A DNA stretch of 64,000 bases from a virus (IMGVR_UViG_2866360957_000001:15162-79161); one strand, 5' to 3'; positions 47,844 through 58,218 are shown, counted from the stretch's first letter. The notes: generated by a model not told the origin, from the letters alone. Numbers and translations are program-made.

Positions 47844-50801
47844 GTGGCGGTGACGGAGGTCGTCCAAGGGCTCGGCTCCTGGGCCCTCACCCTCGACGGA
47901 TCCCCGCGAGAGATCACCGACACCCTGCTCTACTTCGGCCACGTGGCGATCGTCCCCGGCCGCGTCGCGCCCGCGCAGTACGGCGACCAGCTCCTCACCA
48001 TGGCCCGCTACGTCGGCGTCCTCACCAAGCGCGACAGCGACGACGACCGCATGGCCATCGCCGGCCAGGGCATGGAGGTCTGGCTCGGCGATGGCGACGA
48101 CAAGGGCGAGATCTTCGAGTCGCCGCTGAATATCACGGGCCAGTCCTTCGCGAACAGCATCAGGGCGATCCTCGGCTCAGGTACGGCGGTCGTCGAGGGC
48201 ACCCTGCACTCGGTCCCTGGCGCGTACACCGGCCGGCACCAATGGGAGTCACGCCGGTCGGCGATCCGCTACGTGTGCTCGACCTTCGGGGCCGAATACC
48301 GCGTCAACGGCAACGGCACACTCGACGCGGGCACCCAGGCGCAGCTCTACGCCGCGACACCGACGTGCGTGATCGTACGGCGGGGAGCCGAGGGCCGGGA
48401 TCTGGCGCTGACGGCTCTGCCGGGGGAGATGCAGCTCTCTCGCGACGTCGAGGACTTCACCACGCGGGTCGTGCTGCTCGCCGAGGGCGAGGGGGCCGCC
48501 ACCGCCACCGGCGCGGCGAACATCGCCTCGAACCCGTATCTCGACCTGCGCGGCCAGGCCGTCAAGCGTACGCGACTCGTCTCCGAGTCCGGCACGGTGA
48601 CCGGCAACGCCCAAAGCCGCGCGCAGCTCCAGCTCAACCGCTTCACGGGCACGCGCAACGCGCTGAGGCTGGGCGCCGAGGACTTCGAGGTCCGCGGCAG
48701 CTTCCGGCCGGGCGACATGGTGTACGTCTACGACCCGGACGCTGGCCTGTACGACCCTGCGAACGAGGTGACCTTCCGCGGCCAGCGGATCAACCCGATC
48801 GCCCTGCGCAGCGTCGAGGCGAGTTGGCCGATCGTCGAGGGCATGACGGTCGCCTACCGGCATCAGTCCGGGGCCTGGCTGGACTTGACCGACTTCGTGC
48901 GGTGGGAGACCGGCTCGACGACGGTCGGCGTGGGAGAGCTGGGCCGGTCGCTCACTTCGACCGGGTTCGAGCCGGTCGGGCCGCGGCCGATCCCGGACAG
49001 CACGATCCCAGACGTGGTGAGCTGGGTCCTGCCGTTCCAGAGCAGCGTGTACGTGGACGCCGAGGGCAACACGAGGGCGAGCATGCTTCTGGCGTGGGAC
49101 CTGCCGCTCAACGCCGACGGCAGTACGATCCTGGACGGCCACCACTACGAGATCGCGTACGGCGTGAGCCCGGCGGCCGAGTGGCAGACGGCCTACGCGC
49201 CGTGGGGTGAGCTCCAGGCGGTCGTCAACGACCTGTCGCCGGGCGTGGTCTATGACTTCCGGATCCGCGCGGTGGACACCTCGGCTAACGTCGGCGCGTG
49301 GTCGGTCACGGAATCGGCGCTGGCCGAAGCCGACACGATCCCGCCGAGCACGCCCGCGCCGCCGGTCGTCGCGGCGAGCCTGATCGCCATCCAGATCACG
49401 CATACCCTCGGCAAGGCGTCCGGTGGCGAATGGAACCTCGAACTGGACCTCGACCACCTGGAGGTTCACGTCGGTGCGAGTTCGGGCTTCGCGCCGGATG
49501 CCACCACGCTGCGAGGCAAGGTCCCGGCGAACGCCGGGATGATCCAGGCCGAAATCGCCGCCGTTGGTACGGTGCCCGAGCCGGACACGACGCTCCGGCA
49601 CGTCAAGGTCATCGCGGTGGACCGAAGCGGCAACCGGTCGCCCGCGTCGAACGCGGCTCCGGTGACGGCCCTGCTGATCGACAACGCGCACATCAGCGAC
49701 CTGAGCGTGTCCAAGGTCACGGCAGGCACCATCTCCGCGAACTGGCTGATCGGCGCGTCCATCCGCACGGCCAGCAGCGGCCAGCGCGTCGAACTCAACG
49801 CCACCGGCCTGCACGGCTACAACAGCGCCGGGACCGAGCTGGTGACCCTCTCCAACACCGGCTCCTTCACGCTGCGGTCGGCTTCGTCGGGCGCCCGGGT
49901 CGAGCTCGACGCGTCAGGGGTCCGGGCCTACACGAGCAGCGTCCAGACCGTGAACATCTCGTCCGCTGGCACCTTCTTCATAAGGTCGGGGGTTTCGCCG
50001 AGCGCGCGCGCCGAAATGGACGCTGCGGGCCTCCGCATGTACAACTCTTCCAATCAGGAACTGGTCAATATTTCCTCGGGCGGTACGTTCGCCATCCAAA
50101 CTGGTACATCGGGCGCGCGTGTCGTGCTGAGCGGCGCTGGTGTCGAGACGTTCAATGGCAGCGGCGGCCGTACTTTTTTTGCCAACGCGAGTTCCGGTGA
50201 TGTCGAAATGACCGGGCGGCTGACCAGTACCGTCAGCGGGTCGGCCGCACGCCTCGTCATCAATCCGAATTTCGGGGTTGACCCTGAGATTCGGATGTAT
50301 GAGGATGCGACGAACTATCATTACATCACGTCTTTTGTGGCCGGTACAGGGCTTCAGATCGGCACGACGACGATCTTCAATCGCAAAGCTGTGATCAACA
50401 TGTCCGACACCGGATGGCAGGTCAGCCTCCTCGATGGGGCTGGGGTCAATCGCACCGGCGGGTATGTCGCGGCTGGTACCGACCTGGCGGAACTCGGCGT
50501 GCAGGGCGGCGCGGCGCTGCGATTCCAGGCGACACATCAGATCCGCCTGTACGGGGACTGGGGACACAACAATTCAGAGTCAGCGATCGTATCGTTCACG
50601 ATCGACCCCGGCGGGCCCGCGAATAGCTGGGGAATCAGTTATGGCGTGACCCTCCAGACGCTGCCGGGCGTATCGTTCACAGCGGACACCGGATCGGCTT
50701 TTGATGGTACATGGATCCAGGGCCGTACCAACTCCGGCGTGACGCTGCGGACGCAAGGCGTCGGCTTCATTATCGCCCAGATCTGGGCTTGGCAGAACTG
50801 A
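47844..50801 (+). CDS. Large minor tail / host-recognition protein with FN3 domain
   Basis: DLSPGVVYDFRIRAVDTSANVGAWS (FN3); VSKVTAGTI; beta repeats SGARVELDASG. Confidence 0.8.
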   Translation: MAVTEVVQGLGSWALTLDGSPREITDTLLYFGHVAIVPGRVAPAQYGDQLLTMARYVGVLTKRDSDDDRMAIAGQGMEVWLGDGDDKGEIFESPLNITGQSFANSIRAILGSGTAVVEGTLHSVPGAYTGRHQWESRRSAIRYVCSTFGAEYRVNGNGTLDAGTQAQLYAATPTCVIVRRGAEGRDLALTALPGEMQLSRDVEDFTTRVVLLAEGEGAATATGAANIASNPYLDLRGQAVKRTRLVSESGTVTGNAQSRAQLQLNRFTGTRNALRLGAEDFEVRGSFRPGDMVYVYDPDAGLYDPANEVTFRGQRINPIALRSVEASWPIVEGMTVAYRHQSGAWLDLTDFVRWETGSTTVGVGELGRSLTSTGFEPVGPRPIPDSTIPDVVSWVLPFQSSVYVDAEGNTRASMLLAWDLPLNADGSTILDGHHYEIAYGVSPAAEWQTAYAPWGELQAVVNDLSPGVVYDFRIRAVDTSANVGAWSVTESALAEADTIPPSTPAPPVVAASLIAIQITHTLGKASGGEWNLELDLDHLEVHVGASSGFAPDATTLRGKVPANAGMIQAEIAAVGTVPEPDTTLRHVKVIAVDRSGNRSPASNAAPVTALLIDNAHISDLSVSKVTAGTISANWLIGASIRTASSGQRVELNATGLHGYNSAGTELVTLSNTGSFTLRSASSGARVELDASGVRAYTSSVQTVNISSAGTFFIRSGVSPSARAEMDAAGLRMYNSSNQELVNISSGGTFAIQTGTSGARVVLSGAGVETFNGSGGRTFFANASSGDVEMTGRLTSTVSGSAARLVINPNFGVDPEIRMYEDATNYHYITSFVAGTGLQIGTTTIFNRKAVINMSDTGWQVSLLDGAGVNRTGGYVAAGTDLAELGVQGGAALRFQATHQIRLYGDWGHNNSESAIVSFTIDPGGPANSWGISYGVTLQTLPGVSFTADTGSAFDGTWIQGRTNSGVTLRTQGVGFIIAQIWAWQN

Positions 50802-50809
50802 GAAGTGAT

Positions 50810-51602
50810 ATGGGTAAGGAATGGAACGTTGTAGCCGTAGAGGAGACCGCGGCGAATAATGGCGCAATTCCGATGTGGCGGGTGGTATTCGAGGTCCCCG
50901 AAGAGGTGGGTGTCGGGCCGCTGTTTCGCTGCCTGTTCCCCAAATCGATCTTCGCCCAGTACGCCGCCGAATACGGAATCGACCCCGACGACGTGGACCT
51001 TTTGCTGGACATCGTGCTCCACGAGTTCCAGATGCGCCCAGAGCAGGCCGCGGGCCGGATGCCGATCCCCGTCCCCGGCCGCACGAACGAGGACGAGGCG
51101 CGGGTCGCGATGCTGGCCAACCTGAAGACCATCAAGGCGCAGCGCGACGGCGGCGTCGTCCAGCGCGCCTCACCCCTGCGCGCCCGCGGCGACATGAATG
51201 CCACCCAGGACCTGCTCGCCCCGATCCGGAACACCACCCGCCTCGACCGGCAGGCGGTGACCGACAAGCAATGGGAGATGGACATCATCCGCCACAACCG
51301 CGGCGTCGCCGTCCAGCGCGAGCGGTTCGCCAACGGCGCGACCGCAGAGGAGTTCGGCGCGGCCCTGCGCGCGCTCAACCAGATTGGAAGGAAGACGTCA
51401 CGTGACTGACCACACGGTGGCCGTCGCCCAGGTCCTGGACGTGGTGCGCGGACAGCGCAACGCCGCCCTGGACGAGGTGGCGAAGCTCACGGCGGCCGTC
51501 GATGACTTGCTCGCCGAGAACAACAAACTCCGCGCCGAGAACGAGCGTCTGACGCGCGGCGACACCGCGCCGACCGTCGTCTCAGGGACCGTCGAGTCCT
51601 AA
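50810..51602 (+). CDS. Two hypothetical tail-associated genes (50810-51409; coiled coil 51402-51602)
   Basis: ORFs follow the tail gene in the same orientation. Confidence 0.6.
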
Positions 51603-51766
51603 CGGTGCCGCGTGATCGTCGTCCCCCGCCGACGGCGTAGCCACACCCACGGCCACAGCAGTCCACACGACAGCACCACGGCCAGGACCTGACCGATCGT
51701 CCACGCCGGTTTCGTCACACTCCTGCCGACCTGCTGGACGCGCACGGGCGGTTCGTTGTTCCTCAC
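51599..51766 (-). CDS. Small membrane protein (55 aa; not in the ORF track)
   Basis: Translates as MRNNEPPVRVQQVGRSVTKPAWTIGQVLAVVLSCGLLWPWVWLRRRRGTTITRHR*. Confidence 0.55.
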   Translation of the reverse strand: MRNNEPPVRVQQVGRSVTKPAWTIGQVLAVVLSCGLLWPWVWLRRRRGTTITRHR

Positions 51767-51851
51767 ACATCTGTGACGCGCCCACCGCCGCTCTAGTTCA
51801 CCTCACCCCGTGTCCACATCCGGACACCCGATACCAGGAGGCCGCGTGACG

Positions 51852-52157
51852 ATGCCCGGTGAAGAGCCGACGATCGGCGAGGTCGGCCGGACACTCTCGT
51901 CGTTCGTCCTGGACACCCGCGAGAGGTTCGCCCAGTTGCGAGCGTCGATCGATGTCATGGTCACCCGCGACCTCTACGAGGCGCACCGTACCGCCATGCA
52001 GGAGGACATCGTGCAGCTCCGCGAGGAGCTGCGCACCGAGCGGGAGCGCAAGGCCGCCGACCGGCGCATGGTCGTGGCCGCGCTCATCTCCGCCGGCCTT
52101 TCCTTGGTCGTCGCCATCGTCGCCGCCGCGCTGCTCCTGGCGCTCGGCATCAAGTAG
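51852..52157 (+). CDS. Membrane protein, lysis-module associated
   Basis: EPTIGEVGR..., coiled coil then C-terminal TM helix. Confidence 0.65.
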   Translation: MPGEEPTIGEVGRTLSSFVLDTRERFAQLRASIDVMVTRDLYEAHRTAMQEDIVQLREELRTERERKAADRRMVVAALISAGLSLVVAIVAAALLLALGIK

Positions 52158-52659
52158 ACCGGCGCAGCAGCTCGGCCTTAGCCGCCTCGAACTCGGCCCG
52201 AGTCAGATCACCGGACCGAACCAGCGCGCCGAGCCGCTCCAACTGGGACACGAACGCCTCGCCGCCGCCCGTGACACCCGTGGGTGCCGACACCACAGGG
52301 ACCATGGCCTGACGGGCGGCATGCTGCTCGCGTAGCCGTGCCTGGTGGCTGGCATGGTTGATCGCCTGCTGAACGCCGCGCGGGTCGTGGACGGACTCAA
52401 GAGTGATCATCTCGGGGCCGGTCGGCCGCTGGACGTGCACGATCACGTCTCCGACGCCGCGGGTCTTCTGGGCAACGCCCTGCTTGACGTCGATGTCCAC
52501 GACCTCGTGTACGAGCACCTGCTGGGCGTCGGTCCGGAGCAAACCCCGCTCCCAGTACAGGTGGTGCGTCGTCAGCCGGTAGCGCGGCGCCATCCGGCCG
52601 CCGGTCGCGGCCGACATCAACGAGGCCGAGGTGCCCTCCCAGATGACCTGTTCGGGCAT
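52150..52659 (-). CDS. Bacterial PH domain plus SHOCT protein
   Basis: RYRLT...ERGLL...DIDVKQ...RGVGDV; LERLGALVRSGDLTRAEFEAAKAELL. Confidence 0.75.
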   Translation of the reverse strand: MPEQVIWEGTSASLMSAATGGRMAPRYRLTTHHLYWERGLLRTDAQQVLVHEVVDIDVKQGVAQKTRGVGDVIVHVQRPTGPEMITLESVHDPRGVQQAINHASHQARLREQHAARQAMVPVVSAPTGVTGGGEAFVSQLERLGALVRSGDLTRAEFEAAKAELLRRST

Positions 52660-52864
52660 GGCGTGCGGCGGGGGATAGCTCACGGCAGCTCCTGATGAAG
52701 GGCTCGTAGGACGCTCCAAGCATCGCCGCTCGCGCCCCGCCGCGACAGGCCGACATGACTTTCCGCGCCTCGATTGTGCCGTGGCCGCCGCCACCCCGAC
52801 TCGGCTTTCCGCCCTGTCCACGCGAGGCGTCCGCGCGTGCCCGGTAACGATACAAGGAGATGGT

Positions 52865-53938
52865 TTGAAGAAGTCACGTGCCATCGGTGCGGTGGCCCTG
52901 CTGGCGGCGGCGCTGGCGGTCCCTGGGACGGCCAGTGCCGATCCCGACTGCAACGGCAGCAGCCACTGCTACGCGCTCGCCCACACCGCGATCAACGCGA
53001 CGCAGATCAACGCGGTCGGCCTGGGCATCTGGACCGAATGTCTGCACGTCGCCGACCCGGTCGGGGATTTCGCGACGAACGAGATTTGGATGTGGACCGA
53101 CGACGATCCCGTCTACTTCATCGAGGGCGGATACATCCGCGGCCTGGTGTACGGCCATTCACAGCAGAGCTTCCGCTGGTTCTGGGCCGAGGCCGCACCC
53201 AGCGGCTTCTACACCCACTACATCCAGGAAGCAGCCAGATACGAGTTCAAGAACCTCAGCTTCTATAAGGAACCGACGCAAGGCGACCGGTGGTCGATCC
53301 GCCTCGCCGGCACCACGGTGGGCCTGTCGGACCAGAGCGCGAACGGCGGCATCTACGTCCAGGTCGGCGCCGAGACGACCGACCCGCAGGTAGAGGACCA
53401 CGGCAAGTCCATCGACCTGCGGTACCGATACAACGGCGCGAGCCTGTGGACCGTAGGCACCTCCTACGCGACCGGGGCCACCGCCGGCGTCTACACCATG
53501 GCCAGCCAGCCGAACGTGGGCGGCGACGGCACCGAGCACTGGTCGCTCCAGGACCTGTGCGGCAGCGGCCCCATGGCCGCGGCAAAGGCCGCCGCCGTGG
53601 CGCCGAGGATGAGCGATCTGAAGGCGAACTCCCTCGCCTTTATCGCGAAGCTCGGAAAGGGCAACGCCGAGCAGAAGCCCGCCATGCGGATGGTGAAGAG
53701 CACGAGGAGGGCAGCGCAGCCCGGTGCCCGGCTGACCTCCGACCAGGCCACGTACGTAATCCAGGCCACCGGCAAGTTCACCGCCGACCTGGCCCCCCGG
53801 CCCCCCAAGGCGCCAGCGCCTACCGGAACCGTTCTGACCATGGTCGTCGATGCCCAGACCGGTGAACTGACCGACTGGAGCCTTACCAAGAAACTCCCGC
53901 GTGATCTCGCCAGCCTCGGCAAGGTCAGCGACTTGTAG
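52865..53938 (+). CDS. Secreted protein (moron)
   Basis: RBS AAGGAG, TTG start, signal peptide ending ASA-D; aromatic beta-rich domain. Confidence 0.7.
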   Translation: MKKSRAIGAVALLAAALAVPGTASADPDCNGSSHCYALAHTAINATQINAVGLGIWTECLHVADPVGDFATNEIWMWTDDDPVYFIEGGYIRGLVYGHSQQSFRWFWAEAAPSGFYTHYIQEAARYEFKNLSFYKEPTQGDRWSIRLAGTTVGLSDQSANGGIYVQVGAETTDPQVEDHGKSIDLRYRYNGASLWTVGTSYATGATAGVYTMASQPNVGGDGTEHWSLQDLCGSGPMAAAKAAAVAPRMSDLKANSLAFIAKLGKGNAEQKPAMRMVKSTRRAAQPGARLTSDQATYVIQATGKFTADLAPRPPKAPAPTGTVLTMVVDAQTGELTDWSLTKKLPRDLASLGKVSDL

Positions 53939-53947
53939 GAGGTCGAG

Positions 53948-54637
53948 ATGAAGCTCGTCACGCGCGCAGCGCTCAGCTGGCCGCCGTCCGCCGCCGACCC
54001 CGCCAGCCCGAGCCGTGGGCTGGTCATCCACTACGACAGCAGCGATCAGGGGCTCGCCCGCAAGCCGCATTCCGCCTGTCTGGCGTACTGGCGGAGGACC
54101 CGGGCCTTTCACATGGGCCCGTCCCGCGGCTGGAGCGACCTGGGCTACTCGTGGGGGGCCTGCCCGCACGGCTACATCCTGGAGGGCCGCGGCCTGGGCC
54201 GCTACCAGGCCGCGCAAGGCACGACGGCGGGCAACCGCGACTGGTACTCGGTGACCCTGATGTCCGGCCCGAACGAGGACCCGACCCCCGAGCAGATCGA
54301 CGCCGTCCGCCAGCTCCGGGCCTGGCTGATGAGCAAGGGCCTCGGCGCGGCAGTGAAGGGGCATCGCGACTTCTTCAGCACGAGCTGCCCCGGCGACCGA
54401 CTGTACCGCCTGGTCAAAGGCGGGACATTCAGCAGATCACCCGAGGAGGGGGACGACGACGTGAGCGCGAAGGACGTGTGGACCTACGAGATCAAGGTCC
54501 CGTTCGGGACCAAGGAGAACCCGGAGTGGCAGGCCAAGAGCTTGCTCCTCAACAACAACGAGCGGATCCGCGGCCTGGAGGAGAAGGTAGGCGAGCTGAC
54601 CGCGCTCGTCCGCGAGCTGCTGAAGGAGAAGTCATGA
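53948..54637 (+). CDS. Endolysin, N-acetylmuramoyl-L-alanine amidase (PGRP/Amidase_2-like)
   Basis: VIHY, HMGPSRGWSDLGYS, EGRG, GHRDFFSTSCPG. Confidence 0.9.
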   Translation: MKLVTRAALSWPPSAADPASPSRGLVIHYDSSDQGLARKPHSACLAYWRRTRAFHMGPSRGWSDLGYSWGACPHGYILEGRGLGRYQAAQGTTAGNRDWYSVTLMSGPNEDPTPEQIDAVRQLRAWLMSKGLGAAVKGHRDFFSTSCPGDRLYRLVKGGTFSRSPEEGDDDVSAKDVWTYEIKVPFGTKENPEWQAKSLLLNNNERIRGLEEKVGELTALVRELLKEKS

Positions 54638-54855
54638 GCGATGCGAACAAGAAGGCGATCCGGACTGCGCTTCAGACGGCGGTGGGTATCGCCGTGGCGC
54701 TGCCGGCCATCGTCGCGGCGTCCGGCATCCCAGAGGCGCTGCCGTGGGTGGCGGGCGCCCTGGCCGTCGCGGGCGGCTTCGCGCGGGTGATGGCACTGCC
54801 CGCGGTCCAGCGGCTGCTGCCGTCGTGGCTGCGGACGGACGTGCCGCAGGGGTAG
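54634..54855 (+). CDS. Holin
   Basis: RTALQTAVG...ARVMALPAV; two TM helices; after endolysin. Confidence 0.75.
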   Translation: MSDANKKAIRTALQTAVGIAVALPAIVAASGIPEALPWVAGALAVAGGFARVMALPAVQRLLPSWLRTDVPQG

Positions 54856-54924
54856 CCTGACGCCAGGATTCGATCGCCCCGATCGAGCGCCATCGGCGCG
54901 CTGCTTCGGCCGAGGGGAGCATGA

Positions 54925-54961
54925 GGCCCCGGTCCTCTTCGGAGGATCGGGGCCGTCTTTC
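54925..54961 (+). terminator. Intrinsic terminator ending the lysis operon
   Basis: ggccccggtcctc-ttcg-gaggatcggggcc followed by gtcttt. Confidence 0.75.
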
Positions 54962-54962
54962 G

Positions 54963-55154
54963 CTATGGCGCAGGGAAGTTATCGACCTCGGTGAGGGTCG
55001 CCAGATCCACGATCTTGGCCACCTCCTGCACGCTGGTGCAGTATGCGATCAGGTAGCGGACATCGCCGTACCAGCGCTGGACACGTAGCATCGACCGCGA
55101 GTCGAGCACGACCGCCTCGACCTCGTGGCCGTCCTGGCTGACCCAGCGCCCCAT
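54963..55154 (-). CDS. Small hypothetical protein
   Basis: MGRWVSQDG..VEAVVLD...LRV...YC.SV.E. Confidence 0.55.
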   Translation of the reverse strand: MGRWVSQDGHEVEAVVLDSRSMLRVQRWYGDVRYLIAYCTSVQEVAKIVDLATLTEVDNFPAP

Positions 55155-55288
55155 CCGGACAGGATACGAAGCCCGACACGACGTCGTTCCTCGCAGGTGC
55201 AGGGGTCTTACGCGAAAGCCATTGCCCGGCCTATCGCGTAGCCGTACTGTCACGCTAGGCAGTTGACCTAGGCGAGGAGATCACCGCC

Positions 55289-55444
55289 ATGAGCGCAGCA
55301 TGGGGCAAGCACGAGGACCCGGACAGCCCCAAGGACGAACCCCTCGACGCCAGTTCTGGCGGGACCGGCAGCAACGACGACGAAAACCGCACTAGCACCG
55401 GCAAACACGGTAAGGACGACAAAGGCGGCGACGGTACGAAGTGA
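55289..55444 (+). CDS. Putative RiPP precursor peptide (imiditide/pamtide-like), 51 aa
   Basis: RBS GAGGAG; MSAAWGKHEDPDSPKDEPLDASSGGTGSNDDENRTSTGKHGKDDKGGDGTK*; GTGA overlap with the methyltransferase. Confidence 0.7.
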   Translation: MSAAWGKHEDPDSPKDEPLDASSGGTGSNDDENRTSTGKHGKDDKGGDGTK

Positions 55445-56589
55445 CCGAAGCCAGGACCGACCACCGCATCGATCGACTGATCACCGCCCTCGATCCGGAG
55501 GGAGATATCAGCGACAGCGTCAAGGCCGCAGTCCGCGCCGTTTGGCGGGATCAGTTCATCCCCCCGGTCGGGCTCATCGCACGGCCACAGCCCCACCTGA
55601 TCGACCGCGACACCGACCCGGACGAGTGGTGGGACGCCGTCTACTCCGACACCAGCATCGTCACCCAGCTCGACGACGGCGCGACCGACCTGAAGACCCT
55701 GTCCAGTGGCTACACCTCATCGGCCTCCGCCCCTAGCACCGTCGCCGATCTGCTCCAGCGCCTCGATCTGCAAGCCGGACACCGGGTTTTGGAGATCGGC
55801 ACGGGCACCGGGTGGACCGCCGCCTTGTTGTCCCACCTCGTCGGCGAGCAGAACGTCACATCGATCGAGGTCGATGCGGCGGTAGCCGAGCAGGCCGCGA
55901 AGAACCTTTCCGCCGCCGGCCACACCCCGCATCTGATCCTCGGAGACGGCACCCAGGGCGCACCGGATCGCGCGCCGCATGACCGGGTACATGTCACCTG
56001 TGGCATCCGCAGCGTGCCGTACGCGTGGGTCGAGCAGACCCGCCCCGGCGGTGTCATCGTCGCCCCTTGGTGCCCGAACTTCGGCACCAACCACCTGGTG
56101 CGGCTCGTCGTCGTGCCAGACGGCACGGCGCACGGCCGGTTCCCCGGTTTCGCCTCCTACATGCCGTTGCGGTCTCAGCGGGCCGTGGCCGACCGCGCCG
56201 CTCCCAGCGACGAGTGCAAGCACCACTTCACCACGCGGGTAGACCCCCGGACCATCGCCTACGCACCGGCCGGGGCGGACCTGGCGATGGCGGCGCTGAC
56301 CGGGCTCACCTCACGCAGCGCCTCTGGCAGCGACGACGACGGCGAACTGCACCGCGTATGGGTTTCAGACCCGGCCTCGGCGTTCTCGTGGGCGGCGGCC
56401 GTGTGGCGTCCTGGCGCCGAAGAGTACAAGGTCTACCAGGTCGGTGACCGGCCACTATGGGATGAGGTCGTTGACGCCTACTTCCGGTGGGTGGCATGGG
56501 GCGAGCCCGGCCGGGACCGGTTTGGGATGACCGTCACCCCGGACGGACAACAGGTGTGGCTAGACACCCCTGAACAGGTGATCGGGTAG
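55441..56589 (+). CDS. PIMT-like O-methyltransferase with C-terminal extension
   Basis: SIVTQLDDG, TSSASAPS, VLEIGTGTGWTAALL, W..WG.PGRDRFGMTVTPDGQQVWLD. Confidence 0.88.
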   Translation: MTEARTDHRIDRLITALDPEGDISDSVKAAVRAVWRDQFIPPVGLIARPQPHLIDRDTDPDEWWDAVYSDTSIVTQLDDGATDLKTLSSGYTSSASAPSTVADLLQRLDLQAGHRVLEIGTGTGWTAALLSHLVGEQNVTSIEVDAAVAEQAAKNLSAAGHTPHLILGDGTQGAPDRAPHDRVHVTCGIRSVPYAWVEQTRPGGVIVAPWCPNFGTNHLVRLVVVPDGTAHGRFPGFASYMPLRSQRAVADRAAPSDECKHHFTTRVDPRTIAYAPAGADLAMAALTGLTSRSASGSDDDGELHRVWVSDPASAFSWAAAVWRPGAEEYKVYQVGDRPLWDEVVDAYFRWVAWGEPGRDRFGMTVTPDGQQVWLDTPEQVIG

Positions 56590-56696
56590 CAAGTGCGCCG
56601 CCCGCGAGGGCGGCTGCCGACCTCCTCGTTCCCTGGTACGACAACGGCCCTGCGCCGTAGCCTGATGATGTCGAAGCCGTCAGGAAGGGCAGGGCC

Positions 56697-57890
56697 ATGA
56701 ACGACGCTAGCACGACCATCGGACAACGTCTCCGATCCCTCCGTGCCGCGCGAGGGCTGACGCAAGCCGAACTCGCCGAGGCCGCCGAAGTCTCAATCGA
56801 CCTCGTCTCCAAACTCGAACGCGACGTACGCGAAAGCATGAGCTGGGCCAGCATGGCGAAGCTGGCGCGGGCGCTCGACGTGGACCCCGGGGTCATCGCC
56901 GGGAAGGGCAGCCGTCTCAACCCGGCGCCCGGCGGTACGGTCCTCACTGTGCGGGATCTGGTCATCGCCCCTGATCTTCTCCCAGACGTCGCGCCGACGC
57001 ACGACGGAGAACCGCCAACGGCTGAGGAGCTGTGGCGCCTCGTGGAGCGCGCTTACGGGGCGTACTTCAGTGGAGAGTTCGGGGTGCTCGCCGCGGACCT
57101 CCCCGACCTCGTCGCCCGATGCCGCTGGCTCCAGGCCGCCGACCTGGTCGCCGCCGCGGGCCCCCTGGCGCACGCCTGGCAGCTTGCCGCGTGCCTCCTG
57201 GTTCACACAGGCCGCGACGATGCCGCATCCATCGCCGCGGAGCGCGCCATCTACGCCGCGCGGCACGGCGATGACGAGTGGCGGTCGGCCACCATGTACG
57301 GCACCTACTCATGGGTGCTGTTGCACCAAGGGCGCCTCACCGAAGCGGAGCACCTCGCCGCCACGCAGGCCGACAAGATCGAGATCGCGATCTCCCGGGC
57401 GCAGCCGCAGCAGATCACCGCGTGGGGTGGCCTGATCCTTCATGCGGCCGTGGCCGCCGGAGGACGCGGAGACGCGGACCGGGCGCTGGATTATCTGCGG
57501 ACCGCGGCGGCCGGCGCCGCCCGCGCTGGGGAGGACCGGCACGACTACTGGGTGTCGTTCGGACCATCGCACGTGGCGGTACAGCAGGCGCACATCATGA
57601 CCGCGCTGGGCCGCCCGGAGGCCGCGCTCAAGGCCGCCCGCACCGTGGACAGTGGGTGTCTCTTCACAGTCCAGCACGGCCGTCACCTGCTCAACGTCGG
57701 CCGGAGTCTCTTGGAGCGGCGGCGGGTCGATGATGCGGTGGAGGTGACGGCGAGGGCGCAGTCCATGAGTCCAGAGTGGTTCCGCCACCAGCAATTTGCG
57801 AAGTCTCTGGCGCTGGATCTGGCCGACCGGAAGAGCCGAATCACCGGCCCCCTTCGTCAAGTCGTCCGGGCGTTCGATCCGGTGGTGTGA
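56697..57890 (+). CDS. XRE HTH regulator with TPR-like C-terminus
   Basis: IGQRLRSLRAARGLTQAELAEAAEVS; FGPSHV; PEWFRHQ. Confidence 0.85.
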   Translation: MNDASTTIGQRLRSLRAARGLTQAELAEAAEVSIDLVSKLERDVRESMSWASMAKLARALDVDPGVIAGKGSRLNPAPGGTVLTVRDLVIAPDLLPDVAPTHDGEPPTAEELWRLVERAYGAYFSGEFGVLAADLPDLVARCRWLQAADLVAAAGPLAHAWQLAACLLVHTGRDDAASIAAERAIYAARHGDDEWRSATMYGTYSWVLLHQGRLTEAEHLAATQADKIEIAISRAQPQQITAWGGLILHAAVAAGGRGDADRALDYLRTAAAGAARAGEDRHDYWVSFGPSHVAVQQAHIMTALGRPEAALKAARTVDSGCLFTVQHGRHLLNVGRSLLERRRVDDAVEVTARAQSMSPEWFRHQQFAKSLALDLADRKSRITGPLRQVVRAFDPVV

Positions 57891-57984
57891 CCCGGACAGC
57901 ATGTCCGGGTTCCGCTACTGAGCGCGATCGAGAGCTGACGCGCTGTCCGTGTTCCTGATCCGGCTGCGGGCGTACTGTCCTGCC

Positions 57985-58215
57985 ATGAGCACCCGGGACA
58001 CGGACCTCCACGGCTGGCCGGCCGAAGAAGAAGGCGAACTCGGCCAGCTCCAGGCCCGCCACCCGAAGTGGCGGATCTGGCGGGGACTCGATGACCGCTG
58101 CCGGCCCACAGGCTGGCACGCGACACGAGAGCCCGGCGAACGCGTGGACGCGGAGACCTTCAGGGAGCTCGACAGGATGCTCACTGGGCAGGAATCCACC
58201 GGAGAGATCACATGA
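57985..58215 (+). CDS. Small hypothetical protein
   Basis: LQARHPKWRIWR...WHATR. Confidence 0.55.
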   Translation: MSTRDTDLHGWPAEEEGELGQLQARHPKWRIWRGLDDRCRPTGWHATREPGERVDAETFRELDRMLTGQESTGEIT

Positions 58216-58218
58216 CCC

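Larger units (their letters stand above)
1..54960 (+). mobile_element. Prophage / phage-derived region (siphovirus-like, HK97-type head); both ends undetermined
   Basis: Contiguous HNH-terminase-portal-protease-capsid-tail-tape measure-endolysin-holin order, preceded by overlapping small phage-like ORFs. No integrase in window. Confidence 0.93.

Noticed and set aside
51603-51840. Second C-rich pentamer array
   Set aside because: Periodicity is weak and the skew is explained by a 55-aa membrane-protein gene on the minus strand
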